From contig MU004239.1 in the NCBI GenBank assembly GCA_010405405.1, positions 620,001-684,000 on the forward strand: a DNA stretch of 64,000 nucleotides. Reading direction: 5' to 3'. Shown piece after piece: positions 1 to 10,016 of the stretch. Source of the stretch: Microthyrium microscopicum. Lineage: Eukaryota. A program made the position numbers and the translations under genes. Each line of letters opens with the position of its first letter. The first letter of the stretch is position 1. The notes beneath the pieces were generated by a model. The model was not told the origin of the DNA. It saw nothing but the letters and a program-made list of their open reading frames with translations, and searched no databases.

Positions 1-2
1 AC

Positions 3-467
3 GAACACGAAGACGAGAAAGCCCGCCTACGTCGTCTACTACCCAGCGAACCGCCGACAGAGGGCGGAGCATCATCATCTGGTCTAGAATATGCTCCATC
101 CGCGCCTGGACTACCAGACCTTGTGCCTTTCAACTATCAGAACCACCATCATCACCAACAACAGCAACAACACCATTATCATCAAGAACACGCAGAGTCC
201 TCGGCCTCCGCGCCAGCTTACCAGCCATCTGCGAATACAATGCCCACCGACGATAAAGTGGAACTAGAGCGCCAACGGCTTATGGCTCTCGCGAGTGCAC
301 CACCGCCCACGAACGGCAGTACAGGCCCGAGCGCACCGCCAGTTGACGCACAGCGAGACGAGTCATCCACGGCGCCGAATGCGCCAGTGGTAAGAGACGA
401 TGATGATCTATTTGGCTTTGATGGCTTGGGACTGGGAAGGGGAGATTTGCCGAGATATGAACGATGA
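3..467 (+). CDS. palF: 3' end of arrestin-like pH-response regulator (PalF/Rim8-like), truncated by the window edge
   Basis: Frame is open from position 3: EHEDEKARLRRLLPSEPP...DDKVELERQRLMALASAPP...LPRYER*. These motifs match my recollection of the PalF C-terminal tail. The arrestin domains are outside the window. Confidence 0.65.
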   Translation, partial: EHEDEKARLRRLLPSEPPTEGGASSSGLEYAPSAPGLPDLVPFNYQNHHHHQQQQQHHYHQEHAESSASAPAYQPSANTMPTDDKVELERQRLMALASAPPPTNGSTGPSAPPVDAQRDESSTAPNAPVVRDDDDLFGFDGLGLGRGDLPRYER

Positions 468-1106
468 TCTTGACATATAGAGTCAGGAGGTAATATGCTT
501 GGGAAGATGAATTGTATATGAAGATATATGGAGAGAATGTGGAGATAATTGTGTGGATTTTGCAGCATAGCGATTGGGTTTGGATCTGGAGGAATTCTCG
601 ATTTTGGCATAGTTTGTGACTCGACTTGATAGTCAGTCCTTGTTTGATGAATGAATGATATTCTACCTTTTTGTTGGACTTTATGGCTATGGCCTATGTG
701 TTCTTGGAAACTCTTGACTTAGTATGACCTCAATAATAGCAGCAGATCCAAATGCGTAAGGTGGTTTCGGCCGTGGTTTCAATGCCAGTACGACTATTAA
801 TTGAAGTGCTAGTGATTTGATAATCTTGCCTAGCTTTTATATCGTCAACAACGGAGAGTCTAGCATACTGAAGCAAATAGAATAGCAGACGCGGCCTCTG
901 ACCTTATAGCCATATTTGACAACGACGATGATGGCCAGCCCCATATAACCCCTATGGGCGGAAAATTATATATTCAATGTGCACTGTCAACTGCCCTATT
1001 TCTAATTAATGCGGAGGTTTTATCACCAGGTACAACTAAGACAATACATAATAGCAATAGCAAAGCTCCTTTCTATAATTCCTAAAGTGTTTTCTACTCT
1101 CCCAAA

Positions 1107-1871
1107 ATGTTCTTCAACGCAGCCATTCTCGCACTTTCACTCCTTCCCTTCTCCCACGCCCAAGTAAAGGACGATTTCGAAAAGGGTTTGGACGCAGCAG
1201 CATGGCCCATCTACGCACCAGACTGTAATCAAGGCGGAAAAGTCACTCTCGACAGCACAACTGCTCACAGCGGGAAGAACTCTGTTCGAGTGAACGGAGC
1301 AGGTGGATTCTGTGGCCACATTTTCTTCGGTACGACAAAAGTGCCGTCTGGAGATGTCTACGTTCGAGCCTGGATGTAAGTAATAATGAGCGAATATGCT
1401 GCAGGACTAATTCGTGTCTTCTTCAGTAAATCATCCAAAGCCTTCACAGACTCCCACGTAACATTCATAACCATGACAGACGCCGCCCAACCCGCCAAAA
1501 AACACCTCCGCATCGGCGGCCAATCGAAAATCCTCATGTATAACCGCGAATCCGACGATGCCACCCTGCCCAATCTCTCGCCCCAAGGAATTGCTGCGTC
1601 CGCTGCGCTTCCGGCGAATACATGGAAGTGCTTTGAATATCATTTGGGTGCCGATGGCAGTATTGAGACTTGGTTGGATGGCAAGGTTATTCCGGGGTTG
1701 ACGGTTAAGAATGGTGCGGCGAATGCGAATGCGGATCAGTGGAAGAGGGGTGGGTATAAGCCGAAGGTTACGGGCATTTATTTTGGGTGGGAGTCGTATG
1801 GGGGTGATACTAATACGTTTTGGTATGATGATATTAGTGTTGGGTCGACGAGGGCTGGTTGTGATAAGTAA
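1107..1871 (+). CDS. cip1: Cellulose-induced protein Cip1, secreted core domain, no CBM
   Basis: Signal peptide, then QVKDDFEKG..WPIYAPDCNQGGKVTLD..CGHIFFGTT..HLRIGGQS..YNRESDDATLP..FGWESYGGDTNTFWYDD, colinear with Trichoderma Cip1. Intron 1376-1426 (GTAAGT..CTAAT..CAG) joins the two ORFs in frame. Confidence 0.92.
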
Positions 1872-2387
1872 ATGGGCAGTGACTGTTCGAAGTGTAATTG
1901 AAAGAGATGTATGATACAGCAGCAATCAACCTGTACAGTATGCTGCTTCCGGTATACTTGAATGTACTCAAGGAATTGTGAATAACTGGAAGACCAAGCA
2001 AGGCTGAAAACAATATCAGCCTGTTTAGTGTATAAGGCTGCAGATAGCGGTGCAACAACACTTCGTGCAAACATGCCGGATTCCACAGCTGTGACGTTCA
2101 GCTTTACTCGCACTCTTGTGCTAGGAAAGTAACATAACATTATGTATAGCAGTCTAAAGCTTTGCTAGCAACAAGATGTACTGAGCTCAAACGTCAAAGT
2201 TGCTGTTGTTGGCTGGATGAGATACCATCAGCATGGCACAATAGTGCGGACACTATTTCGGTAGTATATACGGTGATAAGCATCGCGCCCCATGTCCAAG
2301 TGAGTAGTCGAAAGCAGTGATCGACCATGATATCGGCCATCGCAGTGTCGACGAAGTATCGACAAAGGCCCCAGCATAGACTTGCGA

Positions 2388-2903
2388 CTAATCGTACAGC
2401 TCGTCTTCCAGTTCATCCAAGGCCTGGCCACAGTGCCAATCCGCCTCTCTATTGCGATTGCGAGGTATGTGCTCATATTCCACGTTGGAATGACCCATAT
2501 TGTCCCAATTCATCAGCCTGTCGTCAAGATTCAGTGCTTGTTCAATGAGATCTCGATTCGCGACTCGATAGCCTCTTGCGTTCCGCCAGCCGTTGTCGTA
2601 CCAAATGTTAGGCCAGTCAGTCAAACAATGAACTGCATAGCTAGAATCAGAACTGATTTTGACGTAGATGGACCGGTAGCCTCGTTGTCGAGCGATCTCC
2701 AAGGCTTGCTCTTGGGCCATGATGATGGCCGTGAGTTCCGCCCGTTGATTTGTGGGAGTGGGATGGTCTGGTAGAATTCTTGTCCATGCTGGGTTTGGTT
2801 GGTTCTGGCGCTGCTCGTAGACGCAGGCGGCGGAGGCTATGGCTGCGGTCGTGCCATTGTGACGACAGGCTCCATCGACTGAGAAGTTCATTCGGTAAGG
2901 CAT
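2388..2903 (-). CDS. Standalone RNase H1-fold protein, copy 1 (171 aa), catalytic D-E-D-D intact
   Basis: Motifs FSVDGAC, NQRAELTA, SSDSSYA, WYDNGW, NRDLI, IPRNRNREAD. The start is placed at MPYRM (2903) by analogy to copy 2 and because 2963-2910 looks like a 5'UTR intron. Confidence 0.9.
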   Translation of the reverse strand: MPYRMNFSVDGACRHNGTTAAIASAACVYEQRQNQPNPAWTRILPDHPTPTNQRAELTAIIMAQEQALEIARQRGYRSIYVKISSDSSYAVHCLTDWPNIWYDNGWRNARGYRVANRDLIEQALNLDDRLMNWDNMGHSNVEYEHIPRNRNREADWHCGQALDELEDELYD

Positions 2904-3443
2904 TCTCTTCTGATCCATCATCCGTTTAGCAACGATTCTGATTTCTTTGCGTACTGAACTTACCTAGACAGACCCTAGAATGAGCCGTTGTCTTTTAGGA
3001 TACAAGTTGAAGCTTGGGAGATGATTCTGGAGAACAAAGTTGATGGTTTGGAGTACAAAGGAGGGAGAAAAGAGAAGATGACGAATTCATGGCCAGCAGC
3101 TCGAACAGAAGGTGCGAAGCATCGGTAAGCAGCAGTGACTTTGCCATGAAGAAAGAGCCCGAGGAGAGAATAGAAGCCTCAACCAAGTCGTTCCATCTGA
3201 CAGAAGGTGCGGTCCACCAGTCGACAAAATACATAGCGCGTTCCAATAGACTCCTTTGGCCCCAATCCGCTACATTCTGTTATCGACTATGTTATTGGCC
3301 ATCTAGTACGTAGAGATAATTGTTAGATATCGAAAACGATTGGACTTAGAAAGTATGCTCTTTACAAGATACGGTGGCAGACATCGCACTTTATGGGAGT
3401 ATGCTATTGATATTAGAGGTATAGAAGAGAAACATGGCGAAGC

Positions 3444-3926
3444 CTACTGCTCATCAAGGGCGTCGTTGCAATACTCATCCGCCAGCTCATTCTGACTGCG
3501 AGGAACCCAAATGTATTCGACATCGCCAAGCTCATTGAGTCTGTCATCGAGATCAGATGCTTCCTCGATAAGATCTCGGTTGCACACCTCGTAGCCTCTC
3601 GAATTGCACCAGCCGTTATTAGCCCATGTGTAGATCCATCGTGTTAGGCAGCCAACCGCATATCTGGAATCGGAGTAGATTCTAATGTCAAGATCTGGGC
3701 TACCATTCAATTCGTCAAACTTTTCCAAGGCCTGCTCCTGGGCCATGATGATTGCGGTGATTTCCGCGCGTTGGTTGGTTGGAGTAGGATAGCTCGGTAG
3801 ATGACGGGTCCAAGAGTCGTGGCCTCCGTGGTACTTCTTGTGGACACACGCGGCAGCACCTATGGCCCATTCTGTGCCATTGCCACGGCAGCCTCCATCG
3901 ACCCAAAGATCCATGCGATACGGCAT
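3444..3926 (-). CDS. Standalone RNase H1-fold protein, copy 2 (160 aa), catalytic D-E-D-D intact
   Basis: Motifs LWVDGGC, NQRAEITA, YSDSRYA, WANNGW, NRDLI, WVPRSQNELAD. Confidence 0.92.
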   Translation of the reverse strand: MPYRMDLWVDGGCRGNGTEWAIGAAACVHKKYHGGHDSWTRHLPSYPTPTNQRAEITAIIMAQEQALEKFDELNGSPDLDIRIYSDSRYAVGCLTRWIYTWANNGWCNSRGYEVCNRDLIEEASDLDDRLNELGDVEYIWVPRSQNELADEYCNDALDEQ

Positions 3927-4896
3927 TTCGGGATTCAGGATATGTCCAACGGATTGGTGTGGGCTGGCGAAGTGATTGGAGGGAGTCTGGTGCGGCGAAC
4001 AGAAGCTAATTTAAACTACCTCTTGCTTAGTATGCAACTAATCATCTCAAGAGCGGCTTACCTAGAAATTACCTAGCGCTTAATTGATTCGTGTATTTTT
4101 ATGTTCGAATTGCCGCAGGCTCATCAAGAGTGGTAGTAAGGCTGGGGCGTGATGCTGGCAACAAAAGTTGATGGTGCTTGTGGAGGAGGAATCTTGTGGT
4201 AGCGAAGATGAATATGAAGGGAAGGGTAATAGTTTGGAAGAAAAATGGAGCCTGCAAAGAGCCGAAAGGTGGCAGTGACCTTGCCGTCACCTCCAAGCGT
4301 TCAGAACTTACCCAAAAGGGCAATCAAAGCTCCAATCAAAAGAGGCTATCCGACGGGAGGTGGTTGATGTATTTCTTTAGCACAAAACCGGATAGTTACA
4401 TGAGTTGCCAGTGAAATGGCGGATGTGGTTTCATATTCAAAGCATGGATAGATGAGAAGCCTTGAAGAGTATCAGAGGTTTGGAAGCAAACCATCAACAT
4501 GCTTTATACTTTGGAGGTGGCATCTGGCGTTCTCAAATTGACTCAAGACAGAGTTAGTGCGCCTATTTTCCATCTCTTGTATAAATATCTCTCTAATATC
4601 TGATATCGGTTATTATATCTGTACATCGAAAGCGAAGCCAATTGGAGAGGATCGATAAGCCCAACGTAGTGATAAGGGAGGCGGCTTGGTGCAAAAACCA
4701 TCTATCCGATGGCGGTTTGGAGACATGTTAACACGTCAACGATGCCAGCTCCAGTCAGGACTTCGGAAAGCGATGGTATTGCTACCACACCCGCTTCATG
4801 CGTGTGTTTGACTCTGTCGATTTTGTGATCAAGAGCGTGCCCAAGAGTGATGCAGCGCACTTATTAAGCTCGCGCTCCTGTTGGTGATGAATCGGC

Positions 4897-6839
4897 TTAT
4901 AGTTCTTCTACTTCCAGCAGCTTTTTGACCGCGGATAGCTTGCGGCTGCATATCTCGCGAGTATGCTGGTTTTGCTCAGGGGTGACCAACCTGTAGTCAA
5001 CCTTGCCTACCCTCCCAATCCGCCCGTCCAGTTCTCCTGCTTCTTCGATGAGATCTCGATGTACTACGGGATCGCCAGTTGTATGTAACCAACCGCTAGC
5101 CCTGTACCTGGCAATGCAATCGCCAATTTGGCACATGTAGCCCATGGCGAATGTAGATGTCGTATTGATTCGCACTCTGATGGTTGAGTCTGAGTCCACT
5201 CCTCCATTGATGTCAAGAGCTGTCTGCTGAGCTAGGATGATGGCCCTGAAAGCTGCGCGGTCCAAGTTAGGAGAGGGACTATGTGGCAAGATCCGACTAA
5301 AGACGATAGATTCTCCAAGTATGGTTCTGCGGACGCAAAGGGCGATGCCTGTGCAGCTGGACGAGCCGTGGTGAATGTACCCGCTCTGGACCCATAACTC
5401 CGCGTAATGCTCTTGACGATGTACAAATTTTCTTGAGATTGACTTGGTGATAGGCGGGATTTTCGGCGGCGAAAGAACAGTGTTGATGTTTGAAGTCGAA
5501 GGGGAATCGGCTAAGGTAGAGCTGTTGCTGTTGTTCTCGTCGGCTCTCTGACCAGAATTAATGAAAAGGTCAGACCTAGAAGTTGTTAGTATAGAATCAT
5601 GATCGGTGCTAACACGCTTAAAAAAGACAATTCGGTCTTTTCACCGTAAGCACATGAAACGCCCATCGCATTTGATTTTTTGTTCCACGGATGTTGTCAA
5701 GAAATGTGATTTGGCACAGGGAAATCTTACCGATCCATCACACTCGTGTCATCTTGATTCGGCTTCCTTCTTACTTTGGAAACTGCTGACCTTTTCAAGT
5801 CTTCAGGGTTTCTCTGAATTTCTAGCTTCTTCACGTCTTCTGGCTGCTTAGGGATCTTTGAAATCTCCTGCCGTTCCGAAAATTTCTGTCCTGCTTCCTC
5901 CTCCTCTTTCTCCTCTTCCGAATCGTCCGAACCTTCCGAATCTTCCGAGGTATCCATTTGATCCAAGTGCTCTGGCACATTGATCTTCTTCGGTTCATTG
6001 ATCTTCTCCGGTACATTGATCTTCTCCGGTACATTGATCTTCTTCGGTTCATTGATCTTCTCCGGTACATTGATCTTCTCCGGTACATTGATCTTCTCCG
6101 GTACATTGATCTTCTCCGGTTCATTGATCTTCTCCGGTACATTGATCTTCTCCGGTACATTGATCTTCTCCGGTACATTGATCTTCTCCGGTACATTGAG
6201 TTTCTCTGCCATATTGCTGCGCTCGGGTGGATTGATCTCTTTGGGTTGATTGAGCTGCTCTGATGTGTTGGATTCACCTTCTAGATCCGAGTCCTCATAT
6301 TCCTCCATCTCTTCATCTTCATCCTGGCTTTCCGGCTCAATAAAATGGCCTAGTTTCGTGTTTAGGTCTTCCTCTCTCTCCAATTGATTCAACTTGGCCC
6401 TACACGAAATATCAGGAATTGTGTTTTGGTGGCGCGGGATCCACTTGTAATTAATCTGGCTCCCTGGAAGACCCTTTATCTCGCGATCAAGTATGTTCGC
6501 CACATCCAGCAAATCGCGGTTTGTCTCCAGGTGCAAACTTGACCCATTCATAGCTCTGATGGTGCTTTTGCAGTCCGACCGAATAGTTACTGAAAGCCTC
6601 CCTTTTGCTTGCAGGCCATTGTAAATCTCAAGAGCCTTCTTTTGAGCTATGATCAGGGCCGTGATTTCAGCACGGGTGCTAGTGGGCCTGGGTTGACTGG
6701 GCAAGACGCTCATCCATTGATCACGGGGATGTTTTCCTGGCTTGGTCTGAACACAAACGGCGACGGCTTTTCTTCGATGTCCTTCGGTGTATGGTCGATA
6801 GCCACCGTCGACGCTGAAGTTGAGGGTAGTTTGTTGCAT
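4897..6839 (-). CDS. Predicted two-domain RNase H-fold protein (~595 aa): domain A with acidic tetrad, acidic/hexapeptide-repeat linker, catalytically dead domain B
   Basis: Exon 1 is 6839-5731 and exon 2 is 5575-4897. Intron 5730-5576 has donor CG|GTAAG, branch CTAAC and acceptor TAG|G, with matching phase 2, and the frame is open from 5575 to 4897. Domain A: FSVDGG / TRAEITA / RSDCK / IPRHQNTIPD. Domain B: LWVQSG / DRAAFRA / NTTSTF / TPEQNQHTR. Confidence 0.72.
5973..6206 (-). repeat. Coding minisatellite, 13 x 18 bp, encoding (E/K)K(I/L)N(V/E)P
   Basis: The plus-strand unit attgatcttctccggtac and its variants repeat in tandem. Translation gives 13 hexapeptide units. Confidence 0.97.
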
Positions 6840-7503
6840 TTTGTCATCCAGCGAGCCACACAACTCTCCGCATGGGCGTAGGGCCCAAGTTCGATTCAGT
6901 TGGTTAGCGATAGTATTGGTGGCTGCTCAATGGCAGGTTGCTCCGTAAGACCAAGTCGTGCTCTGAACCTGTCGTATGAAGTAGAAACCGAAAGAGTCGT
7001 GCGGCTTAAGAAACGGAGAGGTTAGAGTATCGCATTTAACTGTGGGTTCAATGCAATGTCCAAGAAGAGTAGCCAATCACCCTATATTCGCATGTCAAGG
7101 GAACCCTGAGCTCTTCTTAAGATCCGTTCGAGAGATACGTTGTAAGCAAACAACTGAGCATGATGACTTCTAGTCTCTGCAGACCACCAGAAATACAAGG
7201 TAGGTATGTATACCTTCAAGTATAACGACAGGAAATACGACTAGACTTAGAATGCGGAGAATGCGTAACGTGCCTTGGCCTTGGGTGTACGATGTCTACA
7301 AGGTAGGAGGTATTCAATGGCTGCGTGGATGGAGAGGGACTTGTAAGGCTGTATGACAAGATCTTTGTGTGGGATGTAATATGCGATAGATTCCAAAAAA
7401 CGAATGTTATCAAGTTCAATGGCTGTCGTAAAAGTAATGATTACCTAGACATGGTAGAGAGTGCATTTGAAACTTGATGGGACCTAAGAAGTCAAGTGCC
7501 CCT

Positions 7504-7600
7504 ATTTGTTGGGTGTAGAATTATTTTCATCTTATGCACAGGCCTTTTTGAAGGACTATCCCTAACTACCTATACCATAATGAGATTAAAATAGTAAATT
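7504..7600 (+). repeat. Left terminal inverted repeat (~97 bp)
   Basis: Pairs with 16452-16550. It may extend about 10 bp further out (aagtgcccct versus aagtacctttgg). Confidence 0.85.
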
Positions 7601-8319
7601 AATTACTACTCGCTATTTACTATATTATATATATTAAAAGTATAAGTGCTATATTCCTTATAGTATATTATATTATTAGGAGCTTAAAAACTATAGCTTT
7701 CTTTACTAGTTACTAAGTAGATATACTAAACTATTATTTTGTTGCCTTAGATTCTTAGCCTAATCTACCTCTATATATAGTACTTACTATAATAATTACT
7801 TCTTCTATCTTAATTTTAACTATTAGAACTAATACTATTATAGATTCTTATATTATAGCTACGCGTTAAATATAAACTTAAGTATATTAACTAGGTAGGA
7901 TATATATTAATATAACTTACTATATTTACGCTATTATATATCTTAAGTATAACTAGACTAAAATAAGAATTATTAAGAAGATATACTATTTAACGTAAAT
8001 AATTAGGTATTAGAAATATAATATAAGGAAATATAAGTCTATATAGAAACTATAGATACTACTATATAGAACGCTTTTATAACTTAAACTAGTAGATAAG
8101 AATACTTTATTATAATATTTTTTATTATATAGCTAGTAATTATAAGCTAAAATAGTTTACTAGCTAGAGTAAGAGCATAATATATTAGTAGATAGATTTA
8201 TAATATCTAGAATACTTAAGAAAAGAGGATAGAAAATAAAAGCTATTATATAATTATTACTAAATAAGAGTAAAGAGCTTTATACTATATACTACTAAGA
8301 TTTATTATAGTTTAAAGCT

Positions 8320-8790
8320 TAAGATTTAGTCTTTCTAGATAAGTCTATCTTTAAAGAGTAGAATAGCTAAAGACTATATATATATATATTTATAGGTTAA
8401 CTCTTATAATAGATATAGAATATAAATTATAGAAAGATATATATAATTCTAGCTATTATAATACTTAATAGGTATTTTTCTTATACTAGATTTTAAGAAA
8501 AGTATTATAATGTAGAGGACTTCTATAATTAGATTAGGATATANNNNNNNNNNNNNNNNNNNNNNNNNNNNNNNNNNNNNNNNNNNNNNNNNNNNNNNNN
8601 NNNNNNNNNNNNNNNNNNNNNNNNNNNNNNNNNNNNNNNNNNNNNNNNNNNNNTTAGTTTATACTAATTTAGGTATAGAATAGCTATTAAAGAATATAGG
8701 CTTTATTATTTACTATCTACTACTCTACTCTTTTAATTTTAATCTAATAGAGTTAATGTTTAGTATTCTTAAGGCCTAGATAAAAAGGAA
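8320..8790 (+). pseudogene. RIP-inactivated IS630-Tc1-mariner (DDE_3-type) transposase catalytic region
   Basis: Translation gives DLVFLDKSIF (~8324; de-RIP LVFLDESIF), YYNVEDFYN*I (~8504) and YLLLYSFNFNLIELMFSILKA*IKR (from 8714; de-RIP YLPPYSPDFNPIE.FS.LKAWIKR). The second catalytic Asp would fall in the N gap. Full gene limits are unknown. Confidence 0.85.
8544..8653. other. Assembly gap (110 N)
   Basis: Run of N. The transposase motifs on either side are colinear and consistent with a gap of roughly this size. Confidence 0.99.
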
Positions 8791-9570
8791 TTAGGTATAT
8801 AAATAGTAAAATTTTAGGAACTTTATGTCTTTCTTAGAGTATATAGTTATAGCTAGTAGCTATAATTGCTTTATAGTTAGATAGTTTAGATATACTATTA
8901 AGAATTTATATTATAAAGGAATAAATATATATACGTATTATAAGTTCCTTTAGGAATATAAGATATAAAGTATAGTAGAGCTTTATTAATAAAATAATTA
9001 GTTATTACGTTATAAAGGAAATATTTAGGGTAATATAGATACTACTAGGTAATTTATATATTATAATTATAGGATATTAATATTATATAGTAGTTTAGTT
9101 TATTTTATATTTTATAAACTAATTATTAAATAGTACTTTACTATTCTTTATCTTTCTATTCCTATTCTTACTAGCTATTCTATACTAGTAAGTAGTTTTT
9201 ATTTACCTCTACGTATAGTAAGTATAAATAAGGACTATTAACTAGCACTTTCTATATAGTTTCTTAGTCTATTTAGATAAAAGAAGTTAACTACTATATT
9301 AGAGTCCTAATAAAACTTCTTATTATCTTAGATATAAGGCTAGCAAGCTAGGGCCTTTGCTTCTATATACTTTAGTAATATATAAAGAATATAGAAGTAA
9401 AGGTATAGAAGTTAGAGTCCTATATAAAGGATAGTATTTTTTAATATAGTAGAAACGCGTATTAGTAAGGAGAGAGTCTTAAGAATCTTATTACTATTTT
9501 TAGATAGTAATAATCTAATAGTAGTAAAGTCCTAGCTCTTTTAGTATTTCTTTTAAAATAGTAAGCTAAT

Positions 9571-10016
9571 AGAGCCTAATCTCTTATAGTATTTCTTTAG
9601 AAAAGTAAACTAGTAGAGTTTTAGTAAATAAACTAAAGAGATAGAAAGAATATATATTAGATAGTAGCTTAACCTAAATAAATTAGAGAAATTAAGGAAA
9701 TATATATTAGATAGTAGCTTAATCTATAATTTATAGAAATAATATAAAGATAGTACTCTATAAGAAATAAAGTTTTATAGCTCTAAGTCTTAAAGCTAAA
9801 TTAGAGTTAATTTAGTAAGCTATAAAGTATAGAGTCCTAACTCTCTTAATAATATTATTAAAAGAATATACGCTAGAGGGTAGCTTAATCTAAATAAACT
9901 AAAGAAATTAAGAGAATATATACTAGAGAGTAACTTAACCTAAATAGATTAAAGAGATTAAGGGAATATACGCTAGAAAGTAGCTTAACTTATAGTTTAT
10001 AGGTATAATATAAAGG
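9571..10016. repeat. 50-bp tandem repeats (clusters of 2 and 3) within a ~260-bp direct duplication, inside the RIPed element
   Basis: Units such as gaatatacgctagagggtagcttaatctaaataaactaaagaaattaaga start near 9650, 9700, 9864, 9914 and 9964. The leader agag(t)cctaa(c)tctctta occurs at both 9571 and 9831. Confidence 0.8.

Noticed and set aside
143..186. CAY/CAR trinucleotide run (poly-His/Gln)
   Set aside because: Ordinary low-complexity tract in a disordered protein tail.
2904..2921. MMDQKR N-terminal extension of RNase H copy 1
   Set aside because: The ATGs fall inside a candidate 5'UTR intron (2963-2910), and copy 2 starts at the equivalent MPYRM.
5973..6206. CRISPR-like array
   Set aside because: Contiguous tandem units without unique spacers, inside a eukaryotic coding exon.
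5831..6277. Alternative-frame repeat ORFs (RRSMYR, YIDLLR, LIFSGT)
   Set aside because: By-products of an 18-bp repeat lacking stops in several frames. Only the EKINVP frame is continuous with the RNase H domains.
2388..6839. RNase H genes as part of a retrotransposon pol
   Set aside because: No RT, integrase, gag or LTR nearby. The genes have separate starts, stops and candidate introns, and show no RIP.
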